Below, piece by piece: positions 1 to 18,000 of a DNA stretch of 64,000 nt. Under the pieces are notes generated by a model. It did not search any database. It was not told the origin of the DNA and worked only from the letters and a program-made list of their open reading frames with translations. The DNA is taken from positions 1,499,680 to 1,563,679 of the forward strand of contig OZ037767.1 of NCBI GenBank assembly GCA_964035545.1, in the 5' to 3' direction. Every line of letters begins with the position of its first letter. The first letter of the stretch is position 1. This stretch comes from Bugula neritina. Taxonomy: Eukaryota; Animalia; Bryozoa. The translations under genes were made by a program, and so were the position numbers.

Positions 1-765
1 CTTGATGCTGTTCCTTGCAGACTCAGCAGTGTTATGATTAAATGATTACCAGTTACAACAATATGGGTTACATTAGAGGCAAACTTGTCTGATGTATTAC
101 TATTGTTCACCAGTAGCCCGACTTTTAAAATATTTTCTTTAGTGATTAAAGAGTTGATTTAACTCATAAATTGCTGTCACCAACAGATAATGGCTAGACA
201 GTAGCTTGAGTAGACTTGTATCTAGTTTTTGAACACTGTGTATGGTTATTAAATTATCCAGTCTGCACAAAGCATGCAGTTACCATTCACAAAGAGTGGT
301 TACATAAATACTAGGAGGAATAACTAGTAGTAAATGCAATGGGTCAGTTCAAGTGAGCTAAAAAGCTACAAATGATAAATGTTGGTTAAGATGGAAATAA
401 AGATAACTAGGATTTTAAGGGAACGTTCTAGAACTAATCTCATAATATGGTAAACACTAAGTAATACAAACCACGGCCACGGACCAAACTATTCAAGTCA
501 ATATATAATAATGGTTTCTAAAACTTGGTATATTTTAACCAAAATTCAATAGACCTTAAAAAACTTTCAAACTGGTAAAAAAGCATACCATTGGCAGTGT
601 ACACTCCAGTTTAAAAGGTAACTACAGAAAAAAACTTTCTACCAACACTCATTCCCAGTCACACAAACCATCACCTTTAACTCACAATTCAAACAGAAGA
701 ATTAAGCCCAGCATAATGAATCAGTAGCAAAGTCAAGGTTGCAATATATGTAGACCTCTACTTAC

Positions 766-819
766 CGTACGGAGAAAAGAGAAATCATCGTGTTCATCTG
801 TTGAAGACCGGCTCTCCAT
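766..819 (-). CDS. Probable first coding exon (MESRSSTDEHDDFSFLRT) of an unidentified gene that continues off the left edge of the window
   Basis: Minus-strand acceptor CACCAG at 835-840, ATG at 819, 18 open codons, strong donor GTAAGT at 765-760. Product not recognised; downstream exons not resolved. Confidence 0.45.
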
Positions 820-3800
820 AGCACAAGCTTATACCTGGTGAATTACCAACAGATATACTACTACATGGTGATAGTTAGAAACTAGTATATCTACTAAACA
901 TAGCAGTCAATGCTAAAGTCAGCAATCAATCAATATTTGCTGACCTAGCATCAAACCATCACAAGGTCTATGTAACGTGTACTATGACAATGCTAATAAT
1001 AACAACTAGCAGATGTCTACTACACAGATAAACCATTCACTCTGCTGTCTGCACAAATTCACCTGAGACAAGTCGCTGCCACCAGTAACGCTGCCACCAG
1101 TAATGCTGTCAGTAGTAGAGCTAAATAAATCCACAAAACAGCTCTTGGACTCTCAGATGTACAATGAATCCATTATTTGTTATTTCTACTCTCCATGAAG
1201 GATTTTTTCTTTTTTTACAGAAGCAAGCAATTATGAGTTTATGCACTGAAATTCTCCACTAATGCCTCGTGTGTTGAAAACAGATGCTATTGATACGGAG
1301 TACACTAAGCCGACTGGAGCAGTGTAATGCATGCCAATATAAATATCAGACCAACTGCATAAATGTTATAATGGAATTCCAAGGGATGCAATCGGCTTAC
1401 TATCAAACACATTGTACATAATCAATTCCCGATTTAAATAGGGCATGAAGAGCTGGGGAGTAATTACACATGAGAACAAATTTAACCCACGATATATCTG
1501 TGTGTAGATATCGTATGGCGACGTGTATGAATAATTATAAATATTTCTCCATCTGTTCTTACCGATATTACTAACAATAAATAAATAAAAATTACAAGAA
1601 TAAATCCTATGCTAGTTTATATGTTATTATTAGAAGTTGCATATTTCAGCAACTCCTAATTTAAGTAATAAAAATACCTTCACTAAAATTATAGCAATGC
1701 AGCACTTTTTTTCTTAGCTGGTATAACCCTGTCTTTATTCACATTAAAATAAATTTTAATATGCAAAAACAACTTGTTTACTAGTATACTAAAACAACTG
1801 CAGTATTCACAGTGGCAAAGAGTTACAGTGGATTAGTCTTAGAGGTTTGTGCAAAATAGTTCTTGCAGACTAAGTTTGGGTTTTTTGCAAATTACAATGT
1901 GTAGAATTTTGAATGAATTTTTAAACTAAAAATAGAGATCTAAACTAAAAACATATAATATGTAGCCTATATAAACACCTTGCTCTGCCTTTTATCATTA
2001 GCAGTTCTATTATATAATTATATATATTACATAATATTATGTCTTACCATTTTATAACATATAATACTAAATTCATAAAGTGATAAAAAAATATCTCTTA
2101 ATTGATAAAAATTACTTGAGTTTCTACAAATTAAAACACTGTTTCCTCAATAACTTACCTCTCTTGCATACTGAAACTTGAACATTAGAAAAGTAAATCA
2201 TAATATAAATAAAATAATAAGCTTACATAAAACCTATGCTATCTTTTTCATCACCATATTTTAGTAAACATATGCATAAATTGGCAGTATCTATGTCTGC
2301 TACAGATTTCTTGAATACGTGTTGGAAAACATGCATTATAAATTACAAGACAGGACAACTCTTATAGTGAAATCCGAAAGTAAGAGTTCCAGATGGGAGC
2401 AAGTATTAGATCATGAATATAAATTTTAAGAAGCAAAAGCATTTAAGCTTCAAATATTAAGTGATGAAATGTTTTATACACAAACTACAAATCATTAACA
2501 CTAAAGAGATTCATGAAATGCAATATTTCTCCATGGGTAATATCAAGTAACATCAAAACCATAAAGTAAAGCAACAAACAATATTTGCATGCTTTGCTCA
2601 GTGGAAAACAATATTTGAAGTAGATGTAAGCATAAGTATCATGGCACTTTCTAATGTGTAGCTCATGAATCTTGGAGTTGTCTACTTTATTCAGGTCAAT
2701 GTTGCAGAAGTAGTTGTCCGCTCATTCTGATCATGTAAAAAGAATTAGCAAATTAATTTCTAATTATTTTAGACATTTAATATTCACCAAAAAAACACAT
2801 GTCCTGACTGTTATGTCTTAGTTGCCATTATCTTTGGTCACTGATTTGACTTTAAACCAGTAATAGCAGTTATAAAGACGTCTGTAAAAACCATAATATG
2901 TCGTCAGATGTAGAGGATTCACATCTCACCCATTTCATACATGATAATAATCATAATTTTCCAATTTATCAAAGATTCATTTGCTGGACAGATGCAAACA
3001 CAACTTACAATTTATGATTGTCTTCAAACTTCTTTTAATAAACATACTTTGCAGACAAACTATTTGTTTGGCAAATATATTCATCCATTGCAAGTACATG
3101 GTGCTGAGTACTGAGCCAAGACTAAAATTTGTTGACATTTAACAGCATGAGAAAGACCAAGGTTTCCAACAGCCTCAGAAAACTCCAAGGTGTGCATAAT
3201 GGGGAAACAACTCTGATACATTGGCCAATTGCCTCTACCTCTCGTATTAATATTACTATTTGTATTACTATTAGCATTTATTTATTGCAATTTATATAGA
3301 TGCTAAATTCATATTATAATGACATTAATTAATTTTAGTTGTAATTTTATATAACTAAGCCTAATAGTAATACAATTAATATTATAAGAACTAAAAAAGT
3401 AAAAAAGAACATTTGTGACCATTATGATTATGATTATGATTAAATTTATTATTTAATCAATGAAATTGAATGACAATCAAGATGAATAGCAATACCAAAT
3501 ATCAATACAGTGAATATGAATACTGAATAGTGAATATCAAATTCAATATGATGATCAGATTAATAATATTAATACTCATTTTTATTTGTTCCTACCAGCT
3601 TTTTTCACTTTGAGTTTCACTCAGTTTTGTAAATTTAGCTTGGCTACAACATTGAACTTGAAGGCTATGGTCCGCTTAATTAACGTATAGTTATATTCAG
3701 ATTATTATCCCAAACATTTTCATAACTGCGTCCACTGAATTGAAACATTGGTTATAGTTCAATGACTGCGTCTACTGCAGCGTGGTCTATTAACTTTAAC

Positions 3801-4254
3801 CCTTTCGTCTGCTGGTTACTTTGGTGTCATATTCGTCGATGCCATGTGCATCCATTAATATCACGCCCCTTTTTCATTTTGGGTTATAGCCTTAGATTAC
3901 AGAATAAACCCATTATTGAGATATAAATTCCGTCTAATATTGTTTCATGCACATAATAATATTATTTTGTTGAGTCAAGTTGAGAATTATCTTCTTAAAT
4001 CTGCGGTGACGCAACGATGTTATTGAGCTCTCCATCAGGAACCTAAATAATTATGATGAATCATTAGGGTTGATGATCAGACACCAAATACAAAGTAGCT
4101 TGTGACTAGTAACAAGGATATTTAGTAATATAATAAATTATTATTTATAACGATAATCACTTATCATACTGACAACTATCACTGTAAGTCACAGAACATA
4201 CACTTTGACATTATCATTGTGATTATGGTTATTATAATGTTTTGTTACCTATTT

Positions 4255-4810
4255 ACTGATTTAGTTTTACTAGTATTACTATTAGTATTAGTATTAGTAT
4301 TACTATTACTATTAGTATTACTATTACTAATAGTAATACTAATAGTAATAGTAATACTAATACTAATAGTATTAGTATTAGTATTGCTATTAGTATTAGT
4401 ATTGCTATTAGTATTAGTATTAGTATTGCTATTAGTATTAGTATTAGTATTAGTATTATAGACTATTACTATTAGATTTAGTATTAGACTTAGTATTACT
4501 ATTACTATTAGTATTAGTATTACTTAGTATTAGTATTACTATTACATTTACTATTGCTGTATTAGTATTGCTATTAGTATTAGTATTACTATTACTATTA
4601 GTATTAGTGTATAAGTATTACTATTACTATTAGTATTAGTATTACTATTAGTATTAGTATTAGTGTATTACCATTAGTATTAATATTATTAATAATACTT
4701 ATACTATACTTATAGTTGTAGCAACTAAAAAGTAAAACTACACTGAACACTTATAGTTATACATATAGTATTACTATTAGTATTAGTATTACTATTACAG
4801 TATTAGTTAT
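4255..4810. repeat. (AGTATT/ACTATT)n low-complexity hexamer array
   Basis: Visible directly; explains the poly-L/V ORF 4219-4461. Confidence 0.9.
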
Positions 4811-5754
4811 ATTTATACTATTCAATATTCAATGCAAATTGAAATTGCTAATTAATATTATTCAAATTTATATCTTTATTTTACTTATAATTTAAATTAT
4901 ATTATGATTATCTGATTATTAGTGTGAGTATAAGTATAAGTTAAAGTATTAGTTTCACTTACACTCACAGTGTTACCGGACAATCACAATGTCAATAATA
5001 ATTTGATTTTGAATTACTCAATAAGAATCAGTCTCTGAAAATAGATTATATTTATTAAATAGTCTTGGTGGCAGAACACCTAGCTAAGCTATATCTATAA
5101 TATTAATAGTAATGAATAATAATGAATAAATAGTATCAATACTTTCATTCCCATGCCATGAATCTCCTTGTGATGAATAGTATTTTTATAAGCTAAAAAA
5201 GCTTGCTCATAGTCATACTGATATACTGATTCAAATTCTATTCTTATGTACGATTATTATCATGACTAAACGATTGACTTATAATTATATTCTTTACTAT
5301 TACCTATTAGTATTTCATTATTTATTTTTTTACTACGACTTGCCATAGCTATAATACTCACTAGTTGCTATTAGTTTGTAACTTTTACCTTAACTTTGTT
5401 ATTAACTGCAACATCACTACAAAAAAAAAATTCAATTTGATTTAAAATAACAATTTCTTGTCGCTACCAACAAAATTTGCAATTATTTTCATTAGATATT
5501 TTTATTTCCTGTTTCGATCATTTTGTGTAGTAGCCATTTCCTGTGACAGCCATTTCATTCGCGTCTTTTAGGTAATAATGGTAGAAAGGTAATTCCTTTG
5601 TACGTCTACTAACCTTTATTGATGTACTTACGATGATCTAGTACTGAACATCAGTGTATCAACTTGTTATAAAGTCCCAGGGGGTTCCTTATTAAAATAT
5701 CAAACTGTATTTCACTGAACTTAATTTTCAGATTATTGTCAAGTAAAAAGGAAG

Positions 5755-8700
5755 ATGGTGGACGACCTTCCAATTACTGGTTTGTGTATTGTGGAGCAAA
5801 CATGTCCGCCTGGTTACGTCATGGTAGGTCTTGTCGTCTTGCACGAGCCATTCTCTCTGTTAAATGCCTTGAAGTTTAAACACATTTGGTTAGAGTTGCG
5901 CTTCTTTAATTCGTTTTACTTGAAGAAATGGGTTTTTGTACGTAAAGTTATTGTTTAGCAAATTACCCAAATTCACAAGTCTCACCTCATGTGTTTGCAC
6001 TTTAATATTGTGTATTATCTCGTTTCAGATAGACAAATGTGAGGACAACTCTAGAGCCGAAGCTGACTTGTGGAAAGACCAGTTTTTTGCGAAGAAAGTC
6101 AAGAGATTTCTTTGTATTACTAGAGTTTTCCCATTAGCCCAGGTAAAGTTGCATTTATTCGGTGCGTAGATATAAATTACTGATGCTACTACTGTATGCA
6201 GGTATAAATTACTGATGCTACTACTGTGTGCAGGTACAAATCACTGCTACTACTACTGTGCGCAGGTATAAATTACTGCTGCTACTACTGTGCGCAGGTA
6301 TAAATTACTGATGCTACTTCTGTACGCAGGTACAAATTACTGCTGCTACTACTGTGTACAGGTGTAAACCCCATATTTAGGTTTCTATTAGCTGCTGTCA
6401 TAGGTTTGTAAGTTATGTTCTCAGTAAAGTTGTATAGTTGATTCTATGATGTACCTTATTTCTATTCAACTGACTTCTGAATGTAAGTGCTCTGATCTAC
6501 TAGCAGAGCTCTGAGGCTAAGTTTTGAATGAACCCACTCTTTGCTAAGCTAAATATTTTACGATTGGGGAAGTGTAAGACAGCTGCGTTGTTTCTGATCG
6601 AATCACTTACTAGTAACAGTCTATCCTGTATAATAAGCAGTAGGCAATGAAATCAACGTGTGGAGCGTTTGTAAGAGCATAGAAAACTACTGAAAGTCAT
6701 TTCCTCATCTGTCTCCCAAGCATTCGTGTGCATGTCTACTCTTTTACACACAGTTTGTGAAAGCTTTGAACATAAATGTGGATGTCAAGTTAACCTTTGT
6801 TTTGCAGGGCACACTGAACAATGTCTTAGTAGATGTTTGTTTACACGATGAAAAGGAGCTTCCACCCGCAGGTTAGACTCTGTTCTAGAATATGCTATGT
6901 TATGATATGTTGTATTTATGTCTGCTGATACGAGGCTCAACTATCTAGTCATTATCTCCTTTCACATGGGGATAAAACTTATTAGCATTTCTTATCACCA
7001 CCGTATATATTGGTGTTATTATATTTGCACTGACAGTAACTTAAAATGGCATTTTCAGAATAAGTAATTATGTTGTATATTCAATTACTGATATATTGGA
7101 TTTAGGCAAAATCATAAACATTTTTAGATTAAGCACTTGTGATTATATAAATATACTGAGATATCACAGTCAGATGAAAATATAAACATATAAGCAGCAA
7201 GCATGCTGTATCACTCATTACCCGCTGTTTTCAGTCAGTTAGTTTATATATCAGATAGAATGTTGTATCACTCAATGCAGGGTTCAGCACGATATCCACC
7301 TGTCAAGACACACAGGAAATGGCTCTGAAAAAGAGGCTCATGAGTGTGAAGCTTATTCCCAGAGACCAGACCTCCAATGCTATCAACGATCTCCAGTTTC
7401 TTAGTAAAGCTAGAAAAGCACCTCCTGGGTACACACTTGTCGGGTAGGCAGGATTTGTCCTCCCTTTCTGTATTTAGATATCGTAGTCTGATTTGTCTCC
7501 TCTTTCTTTTTTTACTACAGACTGTTTAGATGTTATTTTAGTGTAATGAGTTTTATAGAACCTGAGTTTCTTTTAATTATAATGGTTTTGTTGTTGTAGA
7601 GAGATCAATGGACTGTTGTTATGTTATCGGTTTGGGCCAGTACCCAATAGCACCCCACCTCCAGTTCCACCAAGGTACTCTTCTATCTACTAGATACTAG
7701 GCCAGACTTAATGCTAATTTTGTTACAGATAGATTTCGTAGGCACCGGCCATTATTGATGCCCAGGCTTATGAACGAAAAGTTAACTGTTCGTTTTAACT
7801 GAGTAGTGTGATGGTGTTTGTGAGAATTCATCAAATATGGAATTCTAGAGCTTTTTAAATAGTTTACCATTTTTTATTTTTAAAAACATGATTTAAATTA
7901 TAAGGTAATGGCAAGCTTACCTTTCATTTAAAAGTAGTAGTGGAGAAATTTAGATAGCTTAAATTCTTTAATTTTATGATTAAATTTTGGTTTTGGATGC
8001 GAGTTGAACTTCTCGCGACAATATAACTTTTTATGCTACATTTCTAATATAGAACACAGGCTTTTCGCAATTTCTCCATTATTGCACCTGCCTCTTTTAC
8101 TGAAAGAATAGATTTTGTAGCTGAAAAAGTTGCTGGCTCATTAATGGATGAATAATTTATTTCAGACTGTGTGAGTCACTGTGACTGAGTGAGTTATTGA
8201 TACTGAGTGAGTTATTGATACTGAGTGAGTCGCTGTGACTGAGTGAGTTACTGAGTGAGTTACTGATACTGTGTGAGTCACTGTTACTGAGTGAGTTACT
8301 GATACTGAGTGAGTTACTGATACTGAGTGAGTTATTGATCCTGTGTGAGTCACTGTTACTGAGTGAGTTACTGATACTGAGTGAGTTACTGATACTGAGT
8401 GAGTTACTGATACTGAGTGAGTTATTGATCCTGTGTGAATAGAGTAGCCTAATTGCTGATAATTTTGTATCATTAAAGTCAAGAACATTCTAGATCATTT
8501 TTCTCCTGTTGCAGTTACTCCATAGCCACCAAAAATACGGTTTACACAAGTATTGGCCACGGGTAAAGTTGGTATAGGTTTGCCGTGCTCTCACAGCGAA
8601 CACTAATCGTAATTTATGTTATTAGTCCTGTGTGACAGGGTACTTTTGTGTTTGTTCACTTTGTTATGAGTCTGTGTGACAGTCATACATCTGCCTACAT

Positions 8701-10927
8701 TAACCTTGTCAACTGTGATAATACAACAATCATAATACAAAGTCAGTCACAATAGAAATATTTTAGTTACATGCTGCGTGAGTTGAACCGTTGCTAGTTT
8801 ACTTGGTAGTGTGGAGTAGTGATAACCCACTGTGCTACGAGGCTAGCCTCAGGAAGAGAGAGCTAGGTTATGAGATTAGCAGGAGCGCAGTAAGAGGGGG
8901 GTGGACCCCTTTACTACGCCACTTATAGTTCATGATAAAATATGTGCTTTTAGCTGTGTTTACATTCTATAAGCTCATATTCACTGCTACAGCTCAGAAT
9001 AAAATTATTCTAACAGACGAGGGAGGGTGGGGCCTCCCTATGTAGTACAAATTAGTGCTATAAGGATTCCAGTATTTTCACATTTATATAAATCACAGAG
9101 CACTAATCACTTCAGAATGTTTATAAACCACCAAAAGTCATGCTATCACACATAAAGCTGTCCTTCCTCACATTTAATCACAGACCTCGCTTATTTTGAG
9201 AAGATAAATCCTTCTCTAATTTTCTCTTTATCCGCTTCAGTAGCATCAAAAGCTGAAGTTTTTGGCTTTGCAAATAATCCACATATATTTGGTCAGATAT
9301 TTTCACATTTTGATGTTTAATCATAATAATATACATTAATTGCTCTACCTGGAGTTGTCTACTCTCCTCTTACAAAGCTTGTTGGATGTTGCAGACCTCA
9401 GCCAGTGGTGCAGCAGACACAGTTCAAACCTTACCATATACCTGTACAGTCAGCCTCTCTACAAAGTCACTCTGATTCACCTGGTGTTGGTGTCGGTAAA
9501 CAACAGAATGTTCGAGTGCATCGTAAGTGTATATTATGTACATATGTAAGTATATATGTACATACGTAAGTATATATTATGTACATATGTAAGTATATAT
9601 GTACATATGTAAGTATATATGTACATATGTAAGTGTATATGTACATATGTAAGTGTATATGTACATATGTAAGTATATTTGTACATATGTAAGTGTATAT
9701 GTACATATGTAAGTGTATATGTACATATGTAAGTGTATATGTACATATGTAAGTGTATATGTACATATGTAAGTGTGTATTATGTACATATGTAAGTATA
9801 TATGTACATACGTAAGTATATTATATGTACATACGTAAGTATATATGTACATATGTAAGTATATATGTACATATGTAAGTGTATATGTACATATGTAAGT
9901 GTATATGTACATATGTAAGTATATATGTACATATGTAAGTGTATATGTACATATGTAAGTGTATATGTACATATGTAAGTGTATATGTACATATGTAAGT
10001 GTATATGTACATATGTAAGTATATATGTACATATGTACATACTTGTATATGTACACCATGTGCATATAATGCACTGTACATACTAAGTGTAATAGAGCTA
10101 TGAGGAATCCATTCAGTGAAATACATATTATATAACATATAGTTGTTAGAAACTTTTAAAGACAATCAATACCTTGTATTTCAGCTCTCTCTGGTGTGCC
10201 GTTTGAAGTGAACCCAAAGCTCATACCTGTTCCAACCACTCAGGTAGGTTATATGCTCTCTGTATCTACTCTCTATACGCTCTCTCTATATATACTCTCT
10301 GTATATACTCTCTCTATATACTCTCTATATACTCTCTCTATAAGCTCTCTCTCTATATACTCTCTCTCTATATACTCTCTCTCTATATACTCTCTATACG
10401 CTCTCTATACGCTCTCTCTCTATATACTCTCTATATATACTCTCTCTATATATACTCTCTCTCTATATACTCTCTCTATTATATACTCTCTATATATTCT
10501 CTTTATATATGCTCTTCATTATATTATATTGTATAATTGTATATTATATTATATTAGACTGTATATTATGTTAGATTATATAATTGTACAGTATATTACA
10601 TGAGACCGCATAATTCTTATTGTTTAAAAACCTTGAACTATTTCATAATTCTATACAGGACGAGGTAGCTAGTCTTAGATTCAGATCTAGAGAGAACATA
10701 GAACACGAGGTTGGTATATTTACCCTACAATACTGCTGATATTATAATACAACTGTGAGCTAATGGAGCATGAATGTTACTTGTTTGTGAAGTTATCTCC
10801 CCCGTTGTTGTTCATTCGAACAGTTGCTTCCAGCTGACATCCACTTTTGTATATGTTTTAGTTTGATTATCCATTCTTTGTGGAAAGGCAGGCTCAGCAT
10901 ACCCACCACAACTACAATGGAATGTGA
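5755..10927 (+). CDS. MVB12: Multivesicular body subunit 12 (MVB12A/B-like, MABP + C-terminal UMA domain, ESCRT-I). Exons 5755-5823, 6029-6142, 6808-6871, 7281-7443, 7600-7674, [8515-8562 optional], 9395-9522, 10185-10243, 10659-10709, 10862-10927; 262 aa (278 with the optional exon)
   Basis: PITGLCIV..CPPGY, ADLWKD..F.KKV.RFLC, KAPPGYTLVGEINGLLLCYR (MABP) and PLSGVPFEVNPK ... IEHEFDYPFFVER (UMA) motifs. All introns GT-AG with consistent phases. AATAAA at 11161. Confidence 0.9.
6170..6367 (+). repeat. 32-bp minisatellite x6 in MVB12 intron (unit GTATAAATTACTGATGCTACTACTGTGTGCAG)
   Basis: Units start at 6170, 6202, 6234, 6266, 6298, 6330. Confidence 0.95.
8163..8437. repeat. 18-bp minisatellite (GAGTGAGTTACTGATACT variants) in MVB12 intron
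   Basis: Visible; produces the (THSVSV)n pseudo-ORF. Confidence 0.95.
9523..10055 (+). repeat. 20-bp minisatellite (GTAAGTRTATATGTACATAT) x~25 starting exactly at an MVB12 splice donor
   Basis: Visible; unit contains GTAAGT and the 12-bp palindrome ATATGTACATAT. Confidence 0.95.
10255..10515. repeat. Compound (TC)n/(TA)n low-complexity repeat
   Basis: Visible in MVB12 intron. Confidence 0.9.
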
Positions 10928-11269
10928 AGCAGTGCTCAGGCTACACAGTACTCATGTAAACATTGTTTAACTACATGTATATCCACATAACCTAAGAATT
11001 ATTTATGTTCATGATTTTACCCTGCTATATATTGTTTTTTCCTGAGCACACGTGCATTTTAATGTGCTTGTAGTATGTATGTGATATTTATACATTTTTG
11101 TCCCGTGGACAGCAGTTTTATTTTGTGTTTTTGATAATTTACTAGCATATTCATGTTCATAATAAACACGAAGAAATAATTTTCAGTGCTAATAAAAATA
11201 TAAAATTAAAAAAATCTCAACTCAAATCAATATATTATTTATGTTATATAATATCTACATGTAAACATC

Positions 11270-11340
11270 TATGCATACATACATACATATATACATACAT
11301 ACATGCATACATACATACATACATACATACATACATACAT
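11270..11340. repeat. (CATA)n microsatellite
   Basis: Visible. Confidence 0.95.
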
Positions 11341-11679
11341 TTTTAGTGGTTACTTCTCCTGATTGTTCTAGTAGTATGTGTGCAGTTTACATCAAAGTAA
11401 CAAAGTGGAATGCCCTAACACATTGTTGTAAAATCTTTATTTACACTGTTTGTATCGTAGCAACTGATGTTACAACACTTTAACTCTAATCAACAGAAGA
11501 GAAATTAGATAACATAAAAAGAAGTGCTGATCATTTTCTGAGAAACTTTATAGATTTTCATTCAATGACCATGTTTATACTGGTCAGTGACACTGCTCAG
11601 AAGTAATTAAACATCTCTGCTATAACTTGAAGATGAAATGTTGAAGTTGTTTGCATTCCACCTTCTGAACGCACTGAGC

Positions 11680-14221
<2,542 letters not shown>

Positions 14222-14452
14222 TTTCTCATTTTTATTCTATTAATAGTCAATATCGTAAGTTGTTTTAGTTTGCCACTAGCATGTTGCTTATCTTTTCTAT
14301 GAAGCTGGTTAAAAACTGGGCTTCTCTCCCCATTTTCGAAGACTTTTGTAGTTGTATTCTCATGATTGTAACGCTTCAATTTTTAAATGAACCATAAATC
14401 TGTGTAATGTTTTAATATGTCAATATTTTGTTTATATTGTATTTATTTGAGC

Positions 14453-14765
14453 ATATTTATTCAGTATATTTATTGATGTATTCAGTGTATTTATTGATGC
14501 ATTCAGTGTATTTATTGATGTATTCAGTGTATTTATTAATGTAGGCAGTGTATTTATTAATGTAGGCAGTGTATTTATTAATGTAGGCAGTGTATTTATT
14601 GATGTATTCAGTGTATTTATTAATGTAGGCAGTGTATTTATTAATGTAGGCAGTGTATTTATTAATGTAGGCAGTGTATTTATTGATGCATTCAGTGTAC
14701 TTATTGATGCATTCAGTGTACTTATTGATGCATTCAGTGTATTTATTGATGTAGTCAGTGTACTA
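14453..14765. repeat. 21-bp minisatellite (CAGTGTATTTATTGATGTATT variants) x~14
   Basis: Visible; explains the INTLPTL/INTLNAS pseudo-ORF. Confidence 0.95.
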
Positions 14766-15789
14766 ATATAATTTCTGTTGTTTTCACTGACAGCTGCTGT
14801 TTTGTCGCAATAAATAGAAAATGTCCAGAGTAAAAGATGTTGATGAGTAGGGAAAGTTTTATGAATAAATTGCTCACAGATATAATTTGAAGTTGCCTCT
14901 TCATTTGTACTTTCTCTAAAGTTTAAAATACTGTAAAACACAATGACGACTGATGAAAAAACTCTTCAATCGCACAGATATTTGCTTTATAAAAATGAAA
15001 GAACAATTTTATACTAACTTATGGTAACAGCTGCTCAATTCCTGGAAGTTTAAAAACACATCTTGAAATTTGGCACTTGTTGCTGTCATGCTTCTATATA
15101 TGAGAAAATGTCAAATGTATAAAAATATACCAACGATTAACTGCCAGTTTGATACACTTTGACTTGCATTAACCTCTTTGGTATAAGCTCTTGGAGGTAA
15201 GACCCATAATCCTCTGTTCTGTAAGGAGGGGAGACAAATCTTGAAACAGTCTCTGCATACAGATTAAGCTATAATGTGTGCGCTTATAGAATATCTTACT
15301 TTGTTTATAACCGGGAAATACACATATATTTTCCATAAACTGTTGTTATAGCAACTGTGAGCTTTAAAGTAGAAAATTCACATTAATACATTCTTTAATT
15401 ATTAATTTTGTAGTAGAAATTTCTCATGATAAATTCTATTGGTGTAGAAAATATCTTTAGCTTGGGAAGTTTGAGACTTTAATCTTCCTCCGTTGCAAGT
15501 TGGAAACATTAAAATGATTTATAGTCACAGATTAGCTATAATGTTGAAACATAATATAGCTTTCAGATATGTCCTAATCCCTTCAACACCGCACTGTAAA
15601 TACTGTAAATACTGTAAGGTATTGCTAATAATAGACTATAGTACTATAAAGTTTAGAAATAAAAGCTGTAGCAGGATCTTAGTTATAAGGAAATACCTTG
15701 ATTACAAAAAATACAATAACAAATAAAAATAAATTTAGATTTAGATACAGCATTGGTGTAATAGTATTTAATTATATAGTAACTGTACA

Positions 15790-18000
<2,211 letters not shown>

